From Meiothermus sp. (GTDB taxonomy: Bacteria > Deinococcota > Deinococci > Deinococcales > Thermaceae), in NCBI GenBank assembly GCA_033762915.1, contig JANRLD010000007.1, forward strand, positions 1 through 64,000: a stretch of 64,000 nt of DNA, written 5' to 3'. A model generated the notes under the pieces. It was not told the DNA's origin and did no database searches. It saw nothing but the letters and a program-made list of their open reading frames with translations. The stretch's first letter is position 1; the number at the start of each line of letters is the position of its first letter. The translations under genes were made by a program, and so were the position numbers. Shown here piece by piece: positions 57,233 through 64,000 of this stretch.

Positions 57233-59091
57233 CCAAGCGCGGCGCAGCCTTCGTAGTGGTTCTGATGCTGATCGTGGTGATCGGAAGTATCAGCACCCTT
57301 ATGTTCAACCGTACCTACAGTGAGATGCGCCACAGCGCGGCCAATGCGGGCATCGTCCAGACCCTTATGCTGGCCAGGGGGGCCGCCAACGTGGGGGGTA
57401 ACCTGCTGACCGGACCCGTCGGCGCCGAGCTGAACGCCGTCCTTCAGCAGCAGTACAGCCGCACCAACCGCTGGGCCTTCGGGGGCAACGCGCTGGGCGT
57501 GCAGCCGGACGCCGCCCAGACCGCCAACGACCTTGGCGCGGTGGCGGCGGCCCTACAGACCCGGGTGGACGCGGTAATCTGCGACCCCAAGCTCTCCCAG
57601 ATGGCCGAGGGCGTGACCGTGACCCTGAGGGTCTACTTCACCGACACCTCCAACGCCTGCGGCTCTTCGCGCCCACTGCCCTCTGGCATCGCCCTCTCGA
57701 GGGGCCGATTTGTGGCCGGCCAGGCGCGCTCTGGCGGCGGAGAAACCAGTTCCCAGACCTACGCCCTGCCTTTCGTGATGGTGGCCGAGGCCACCCAGCG
57801 CGAGTACCGGCGCAACGTGGTCTTCCAGGGCGAGTACCGCTTCGACCTCGGGGTGAGCAGCTTCGCCCGTTACGCCCTGTTCACCAACCAGCACCAGACC
57901 GAGACCGGCATCCCTATCTGGTTCACCGACCGCACCCGCTTCGACGGCCCCGTGCACACCAACCAGAACTTTCGCTTCGCGGGCAAGCCCAAATTCAACG
58001 GCCAGGTGACCAGTGCGGGCTGCACCAGCCCCTCGCGCACAGGCTGTACCAGCGGCACCTACAAACGGGGCGGCATCTTTATGGGGGTCAACGGCAATAA
58101 CGTGGTGGCACCCCAAGACATGAACTCCGCCACCCAGCCCGACATGAACGGCAACGCGCCGGAGTTGCCGAGCGGGGTCAATTGGAACGAGGAGTTTATC
58201 GGGCTGCCAGAAAACGCCGAAGACCAGTCGTCGGCAGCTAGCACCGGCGGGCTGGTACTCAGCGAGGCCATGGCCAGCCTGAAGCTCTATGCCGGGACCG
58301 CCAGCGAGCAGCCACTCACCGCCAGCGGGAGCACCTCCGGATCGGGCTGGACCCCCGAGCCTGCCCCCTACCAATACATCGAGACCTGCCCGGCTTCCGG
58401 AACCCCCTGTACCCTGTACCGCTACGGCCCGGACAAGGTCTTGTACCAGAAGAACAACCTTACCAAAACCTGGAGCAGCGTGCGTACCGGGTTTAATGGG
58501 GTGATCTTCTCCAACCACCGCATCGAAAACCTGACCGGGCCGGCCCGCAGCGACCGCTCCAAACCCGCGACAGCCCCCCCGGCCCTCGCGCAGTTCGCCG
58601 AACTCACCGTGGTGAACGCAGGCTCGAGCAGCAACATCGGGATCAAGGGTGACCTTAAGTACGAGAAGGTGCCCTGCCCCGAGAGGCTCTCCAACGGCAA
58701 TAGCCCCTGCTCCAACCTGGATGCCGACAACGTGCTGGGGGTCTACAGCCAGGACGGGGAGATCGTGCTGGGCGACGGGACCGACAATTCCCTGCAGGAC
58801 CTCACCATCCACGGCGTACTCATGAGCGGTTCGCGTACGGTGCGGGTCGAGGGCTACGACACCATCAGACCCAAGGGCGCGGTGAACCTTCTGGGGGGCC
58901 TGATATCCAACTTTTACGGTGCCTTTGGTCAGTTCAACTCTACCGGCCCCACCAGTGGCTACGGACGCAACTTCACTTACGACGCCCGGATGCTCGAGGG
59001 CAAGGCCCCGCCCTACTTCCCCGGCATGAAGTTCACCGCCGGCGGCACGCCCGTGGTGGTCAGCTTCGGCCAGCGCGAGCAGGTGTATTGA
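57229..59091 (+). CDS. Large PilX-like pilus tip protein (DUF4900-like)
   Basis: RG-AAFVVVL (no E5, typical of PilX/GspK), FDGPVHTN, LLGGLI, GYGRNFTYDARM..PPYFP. Confidence 0.75.
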   Translation: MTKRGAAFVVVLMLIVVIGSISTLMFNRTYSEMRHSAANAGIVQTLMLARGAANVGGNLLTGPVGAELNAVLQQQYSRTNRWAFGGNALGVQPDAAQTANDLGAVAAALQTRVDAVICDPKLSQMAEGVTVTLRVYFTDTSNACGSSRPLPSGIALSRGRFVAGQARSGGGETSSQTYALPFVMVAEATQREYRRNVVFQGEYRFDLGVSSFARYALFTNQHQTETGIPIWFTDRTRFDGPVHTNQNFRFAGKPKFNGQVTSAGCTSPSRTGCTSGTYKRGGIFMGVNGNNVVAPQDMNSATQPDMNGNAPELPSGVNWNEEFIGLPENAEDQSSAASTGGLVLSEAMASLKLYAGTASEQPLTASGSTSGSGWTPEPAPYQYIETCPASGTPCTLYRYGPDKVLYQKNNLTKTWSSVRTGFNGVIFSNHRIENLTGPARSDRSKPATAPPALAQFAELTVVNAGSSSNIGIKGDLKYEKVPCPERLSNGNSPCSNLDADNVLGVYSQDGEIVLGDGTDNSLQDLTIHGVLMSGSRTVRVEGYDTIRPKGAVNLLGGLISNFYGAFGQFNSTGPTSGYGRNFTYDARMLEGKAPPYFPGMKFTAGGTPVVVSFGQREQVY

Positions 59092-59198
59092 CGGCGGCTC
59101 CCGCGCTTACCCCCGCAGCCGGGTCAGGGCGTTCGGGAGCCCGAAGCTGGCGGGAGTGTGGTCGCCCGGCGCACCACGCCCGGCAAATCCGCCCTGGC

Positions 59199-59873
59199 TC
59201 AGCGCCTCGGCAGGCGCAGCAGTTCGCTGACCCTAAGGTCGTTGCCGTTGCCGAAGACGGTCTTGACCACCCCCACGTCCAGGGCGTACCAGTAGGTGGC
59301 CCGGAAGGTCGGGCTGCCCAGCGGCAGGGGGATCGAGGTCTGGAAGCGCAGGCTGTTGAGGCTCTCGACCCGGAAGGCGTTGAAGCGCCCGGCGGGCACC
59401 GCCACCGCCTCCTGAGCGGCAATGCGGAAGGTGGTCTCGAGGGTCATCCGGCCCGAGACCGGCAGTACACCGAACCGGCCTTCGCCCTCGATCTCCACCT
59501 TCTGCTGCCAGCTGGCCCCCACCTGCCAGGCGTCGGCCTCGGGGATCTCGATCCCGCTCACCTTGATGCTGCGAACCGTGACGCCGTCACCGCCCAGCCC
59601 CTCCCCGGCGGTTCGGATGCCCTCTGGGGTGCATACGTAGCGGGTGTCGTTGCGGATCTCTCCGCCGTTGGCGTCGCTCCCCCGCAGTTGGGTCACGAAG
59701 CTGTTGCCGTACAACACCTTGCGGGCCGTGACGTTCCCGGCGGACTGCCCCTTGGCGTCGAGCAGCCGGTACTCCCAGACCCAACCCTCCCGCAACGGCG
59801 AGAAGGGCTGGTCGCAGAGCTGGGCCAGCCCGGCAGACAACAACACCACCAGCGAGGCGATCCACCGGCGCAT
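59199..59873 (-). CDS. Secreted beta-rich hypothetical protein
   Basis: Signal peptide; FSPLREG.VWEY, EAVAVPAGRF.AFRV, YWYA.DVGVVK. Confidence 0.65.
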   Translation of the reverse strand: MRRWIASLVVLLSAGLAQLCDQPFSPLREGWVWEYRLLDAKGQSAGNVTARKVLYGNSFVTQLRGSDANGGEIRNDTRYVCTPEGIRTAGEGLGGDGVTVRSIKVSGIEIPEADAWQVGASWQQKVEIEGEGRFGVLPVSGRMTLETTFRIAAQEAVAVPAGRFNAFRVESLNSLRFQTSIPLPLGSPTFRATYWYALDVGVVKTVFGNGNDLRVSELLRLPRR

Positions 59874-59964
59874 GGTTCAAGGTACGGGGAGGAGGGTTAA
59901 GTTGGGTGAGGAGGGGGCCAGGATAGTCGGCGCCGGAACGCCCCTGACCCTCAAATCCCCAGCC

Positions 59965-61293
59965 TCAACCCGTCGCCTTGCCGAACTCGAGCATGAAGTT
60001 CCTCGAGCTCTCGATGGCCTTCTCGAAGTTGATCAAGTCAAACTTCTCGTTGGGCGAGTGCAGGCTGTCGTCGTCTAGGCCAAAGCCCATCAGCACGATG
60101 GGGATGTCCATCAGCTCTTTAAAGTCGGCCACGATGGGGACGCTGCCCCCCATGCGGTTAAAGACCGGCGGGACGCCCCAGGCGGCCTCGAGAGCCCTCG
60201 CGGCGGCCTGGACGGCGGGGGTCTCGAGGTCGGCCACCACCCCGCGCCCCTCGCCCAGGCTGACCACCTCCATGCGGTAGCCCTCGGGCTTGATCTGCTC
60301 CAGGAACGCTGTGGTCAGCCGGGTGATCTCGGCGGGCTCTTGGTCGGCTACCAGGCGCATCGAGAACTTAAAGAAGGCGCGGGAGGGGATCACGGTCTTG
60401 CCGCCCTCGCCCTGGTAGCCCCCGCCAATGCCGTGCACGTCCAGGGTGGGCCGGGCCCAGACCCGCTCGAGCAGGCTATACCCCGGCTCGCCGGGCATCG
60501 CGTCGGCCCCGATCTCGGCCTGGAACGCGGCTGCGTCGAAGGGCAGGTCGGCCAGCATCTGGCGCTCGCGCTCGGAGAGGGGGCGCACCTTGTCGTAAAA
60601 GCCGGGAATCCGGATTACCCCGTCGGGGGTCTTGAGCTGGGCGATCATCCAGGCGGCGGCGTTGATGGGATTGGGGGCCACCCCACCGTAGTTGCCGGAG
60701 TGCAGGTCGCGGCTGGCCCCCTCGAGGCGTACCTCGATCATGGATATCCCCCGCAGCGAATGGGTGATGGCGGGCCGCCCCGGTGCCAGCATCGAGGAGT
60801 CGGAGACGATCAATGCGTCGGCCCGCAGGCGCTCGAGGTTGCGCCTCACCCAGGGCACCAGGTTGCCGAAGCCCACCTCCTCCTCGCCCTCAATCACAAA
60901 CTTGACATTCACCGGAAGCCGGTCGCCCAGGCTCTCCACCGCAGCGATGTGGGCGAAGATCTGGCCCTTGTCATCGGAGGCCCCGCGCGCGTAAATCTTC
61001 CCGTCGCGGATGGTGGGCTCGAAGGGCGGGGTGTGCCACAACTCCAGCGGGTCGGGGGGCTGCACGTCGTAGTGGCCGTAGATAAGCACGGTGGGGGCGT
61101 TGGGGTCTACGATTTTCTCGGCGTAGACGATGGGGTGGTGGCTGGTGGGGACAACCTCTACCGTGCAGCCCATTCCCCTGAGGTGGTTCTCGAGCCAGGC
61201 CGCGGCCCGCTTCATCTCGGGCCAGTACTTGGGGTCGGCGGAAACCGAGGGGATGGCGATCAGCTCGAGGAGGTCGGAGAGGGCCTTGTTCAC
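59965..61293 (-). CDS. M20 family dipeptidase
   Basis: YGHYDVQP, ARGASDDKG, EGEEE, DLHSG, HSPNEKF; TATACT 7 nt before the GTG. Confidence 0.92.
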   Translation of the reverse strand: MNKALSDLLELIAIPSVSADPKYWPEMKRAAAWLENHLRGMGCTVEVVPTSHHPIVYAEKIVDPNAPTVLIYGHYDVQPPDPLELWHTPPFEPTIRDGKIYARGASDDKGQIFAHIAAVESLGDRLPVNVKFVIEGEEEVGFGNLVPWVRRNLERLRADALIVSDSSMLAPGRPAITHSLRGISMIEVRLEGASRDLHSGNYGGVAPNPINAAAWMIAQLKTPDGVIRIPGFYDKVRPLSERERQMLADLPFDAAAFQAEIGADAMPGEPGYSLLERVWARPTLDVHGIGGGYQGEGGKTVIPSRAFFKFSMRLVADQEPAEITRLTTAFLEQIKPEGYRMEVVSLGEGRGVVADLETPAVQAAARALEAAWGVPPVFNRMGGSVPIVADFKELMDIPIVLMGFGLDDDSLHSPNEKFDLINFEKAIESSRNFMLEFGKATG

Positions 61294-61378
61294 GCGAGAA
61301 AGTATACCCGCCGGGCCGCGCAAGAGTCCGTGTTGGCAGCCGGCCGCCCTGCACAATACAATCAGGCCGGGCAGACCC

Positions 61379-62422
61379 ATGAAGAGCGCAGGGAACGAAC
61401 TCCACATCGCCGACTCGGTGATCCGCCGGTTCTTCTTGGTGCTGATGCCCATCGGGATGGCGGCCTGCTTCCTGGCGATATTCCTGGACCCCAGCCAGAC
61501 CCCGGTTGATGTGGTCGTTCTGCCCCTGCTGGGCCTGACCCTGGGAGCCTTCTCGGTCTGGCTTTGGCTTGACCAGAGGGCCCTTCAGTTCATCAAAACC
61601 CCGCTTTTTGCGCTGTTCATCTTCTACCAGCTGGCTGGCCTGGTCTCGTTCACCCAGTTGGGGCTGCTCTACAGCCAGGGGCTCTCGATAACGGCGATCT
61701 GGTTCACGGTGGTCTACCCCTTCGCCTTCTTGCTCTACCCGCTGGGGCTGGCCAGCCGGATTTCGGTGCTGTACCTGTTGGCGGCCCTGTTGATCGGCCT
61801 ATGGGGCATCTCCCAGAGCCCGTCCTTCACCGCCAAGGGGGTCAACGGCGGCATCCAGTTCTTTCTTGGGAACGCCTTCCTGCTGGTGCTGCTCTACCTC
61901 TACGCACGCTACCGCTACGCCTACGATCGGATGAACCTAATCGCCCACACCGACCACCTCACTGGCCTGCCCAACCGCCGCCGCATGACCCAGCTCATAG
62001 AAGAGGGCCTGACCCTGAAAACCGCCGAGCCCATTGCCCTATTGATCCTCGACCTCGACCACTTCAAGCAGATCAACGACAGCTACGGCCACAGCGCGGG
62101 CGACCAGGTGCTGCGCGAGGCCAGCCTGGTGCTGCAAAGCCGTCTGCGCTCCACCGACGTGCTGGCGAGATGGGGCGGCGAGGAGTTTCTGGTTCTGGCC
62201 CCCGGCAGCACCCTCGAGGCCGCCCAGGCCCTGGGCCAGCGGCTGCGCGAGGCGCTCGAGGCCACCCCCCTGCAAAGCGGAGTGCGGGTCACGGTCAGCC
62301 TGGGCCTCACCACCAGCCGTCCCAGCGACACCCCCGACACCCTGCTCCACCGTGCCGACACCGCCCTATACCGCGCCAAGGCAGCAGGAAGAAATAGGCT
62401 CGAGGTGGAGCTGGCTGGGTAG
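61379..62422 (+). CDS. Membrane-bound diguanylate cyclase
   Basis: About six TM segments; DHLTGLPNRR, DLDHFKQIND, RSTD-VLARWGGEEF. Confidence 0.92.
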   Translation: MKSAGNELHIADSVIRRFFLVLMPIGMAACFLAIFLDPSQTPVDVVVLPLLGLTLGAFSVWLWLDQRALQFIKTPLFALFIFYQLAGLVSFTQLGLLYSQGLSITAIWFTVVYPFAFLLYPLGLASRISVLYLLAALLIGLWGISQSPSFTAKGVNGGIQFFLGNAFLLVLLYLYARYRYAYDRMNLIAHTDHLTGLPNRRRMTQLIEEGLTLKTAEPIALLILDLDHFKQINDSYGHSAGDQVLREASLVLQSRLRSTDVLARWGGEEFLVLAPGSTLEAAQALGQRLREALEATPLQSGVRVTVSLGLTTSRPSDTPDTLLHRADTALYRAKAAGRNRLEVELAG

Positions 62423-62437
62423 TTGAGCGCCCTCCGC

Positions 62438-64000
62438 TCAGGTTTGTTTGACCAAGGCTTTTTTCAGCCCACTGTAGGCTTCACGCCTAAACTCATCAAG
62501 CTCCCAAAGTTTGAGTAGCGATTGGGGTTCGGAAAGATTCTCGAGGGCTAGTGCGGCAAAGTAACGCACAAGGCTGTCTTCCTTAGGGTTCTGGGCGAGG
62601 GCGAGGAGGGCTTGGGCGACCCCTTCGACCCGCCCCAACTTCCCGAGGGCTTGTGCGGCATAGCCACGCACATGGCTGTCTTCCTCGGGGTTCTGGGAGA
62701 GGGCGAGGAGGGTTGGGGCGGCCTCTTCAACCCGCCCCAACTTCCCGAGGGCTTGTGCGGCAAAGTCACGCACACCGCTGTCTTCCTCGGGGTTCTGGGA
62801 GAGGGCGAGGAGGGTTTGGGCGGCCTCTTCGACCCGCCCCAACTTCCCGAGGGCTTGTGCGGCATAGCCACGCATAAGGCTGTCTTCCTCGGGGGTCTGG
62901 GCGAGGGCGAGGAGGGATTGGGCGGCCTCTTCGACCCGCCCCAACTGCCCGAGGGTTTGTGCGGCAAAGCGACGCAGATCGCTGTCTTCCTTGGGGTTCT
63001 GGACGAGGGCGAGGAGGGTTTGGGCGGCCTCTTCGACCCGCCCCAACTGCCCGAGGGCTTGTGCGGCAAAGCGACGCACATCGCTGTTTTCCTTGGGGTT
63101 CTGGACGAGGGTGAGGAGGACTTGAGCTGCTTGGGGATTGTCTTCAAACAGTCCAAGGCTACGGATGGCATCAATGCGGAGGAGGGTGAGGGTTGGGCGG
63201 CTGGTTGCCAGTTGACCCAAGCGGTCAACCACCTCTTGGCGAATCTGGTGGGCACTTTCAGTGACATCGGCCAAAATTTGCGCGGCCAGGAATAGGTTTC
63301 GTTGGAGAATGGGTTCGTATATGTCGGGTGCTTGGGTTAGGATTTTCTCGACCAGTTTTGATACAAACTTGTCGCTCTGGCTTTTTTCACCGCACAGCAG
63401 CAGAATTACTTCGCGCCAGTTTGGGTGGTGCAGTTTGGGCTGTATTTCTTCCCAAATGCCGGGTACACCGTCGTCGTCGCGGCGGTTTAGGATGTCGGTT
63501 GCAGCCAGGTATTCCCGAAAGGTCTGGTGAACAAAGGAGTAGCTGCCCTGGCCTTGCTCGTAGAGCAGCCCGGTTCGCTTTTCGGTGTAGTCCACAAAGC
63601 GTTCGGCCTCTTCTTTGCAGTCCTCCTTAATGAGGCGTTGGTCTTCTAGGTCGTAGATAACCTCTCGAACCAGCCGCTTGAGTTCGTCGGTCTCGAGGGC
63701 TGGGTTGGCGTTGCCGGGGGTCACGCTGTTTTGTAGGTTGAAGGCGATCCGCTCGAGGATGCGCCGCCGCCGCTTGTAGTAGGGTCGTTCGGCATCGCTG
63801 GGGATGCGCTCTTGCACGCTGTCCCAGGTGTCGGTCATGGTCCCGACGCTGCGCTGGTAGAGTTGGGCGCGCTGCTGGGGCAGCTTGTGGCCGTCGCGGT
63901 GTACCAGGGCGATGATGGTCAGCAGAAGGGGATTTTTGGCCAAGTCGGCAATGCGGGGGTTGCGGCTGGGGTCCAGCTCCGCCAGCAGGTCGGCGGTTCG
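62438..64000 (-). CDS. NACHT/STAND-type protein with C-terminal HEAT repeats (5' part lies outside the window)
   Basis: LAKNPLLLTII, LP..RAQLY, RTGLL, YSFVHQTFREYLAA, WREVILLL; frame open to the window edge; P-loop not visible. Confidence 0.82.
   Translation of the reverse strand, partial: RTADLLAELDPSRNPRIADLAKNPLLLTIIALVHRDGHKLPQQRAQLYQRSVGTMTDTWDSVQERIPSDAERPYYKRRRRILERIAFNLQNSVTPGNANPALETDELKRLVREVIYDLEDQRLIKEDCKEEAERFVDYTEKRTGLLYEQGQGSYSFVHQTFREYLAATDILNRRDDDGVPGIWEEIQPKLHHPNWREVILLLCGEKSQSDKFVSKLVEKILTQAPDIYEPILQRNLFLAAQILADVTESAHQIRQEVVDRLGQLATSRPTLTLLRIDAIRSLGLFEDNPQAAQVLLTLVQNPKENSDVRRFAAQALGQLGRVEEAAQTLLALVQNPKEDSDLRRFAAQTLGQLGRVEEAAQSLLALAQTPEEDSLMRGYAAQALGKLGRVEEAAQTLLALSQNPEEDSGVRDFAAQALGKLGRVEEAAPTLLALSQNPEEDSHVRGYAAQALGKLGRVEGVAQALLALAQNPKEDSLVRYFAALALENLSEPQSLLKLWELDEFRREAYSGLKKALVKQT
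62545..63125 (-). repeat. Intragenic tandem repeat, 102-bp period (34-aa HEAT-like units)
   Basis: GCTGT anchor at 62573, 62675, 62777, 62879, 62981 and 63083. Confidence 0.92.

Noticed and set aside
62545..63125. 102-bp tandem repeats as CRISPR or non-coding satellite, and the alternative ORFs 62548-63267 and 62612-63295
   Set aside because: The period is a multiple of 3 and encodes HEAT-like units in the NACHT frame; the other ORFs are shadows of the repeat

Overview
GC-rich bacterial chromosomal segment, most likely Thermaceae (Meiothermus/Calidithermus-like). This rests on a Thx ribosomal-protein gene, many apparently leaderless genes, and very frequent CTCGAG. Housekeeping genes include pepF, hisZ, a cyclophilin, a peptide ABC transporter with a frameshifted binding protein, rnpB, rpsT-thx, der, rnr, ppsA, carotenoid genes and an M20 peptidase. 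Accessory modules are: (i) two TPR-GGDEF diguanylate cyclases, one divergently paired with a 52-aa secreted peptide ending SGWGGWGG, a candidate peptide-to-c-di-GMP signalling system and my best candidate for an undescribed system; (ii) a ~12 kb minus-strand cluster headed by a BTAD/AAA/TPR regulator, encoding secreted proteins, a 42-aa lipopeptide missing from the ORF track, and a protein with an internal lipobox; (iii) a ppsA / group 3b [NiFe]-hydrogenase / P2-type ATPase / TrkA-pair / archease island; (iv) a minor type IV pilin operon; (v) a truncated NACHT-HEAT gene with 102-bp tandem repeats. Non-coding DNA holds two dispersed repeat families, one with a covarying hairpin and a nested mini-element, plus a tandem structured motif. 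No CRISPR array, tRNA, rRNA or intact transposase was seen. All product calls come from recognising motifs by eye, not from database searches.
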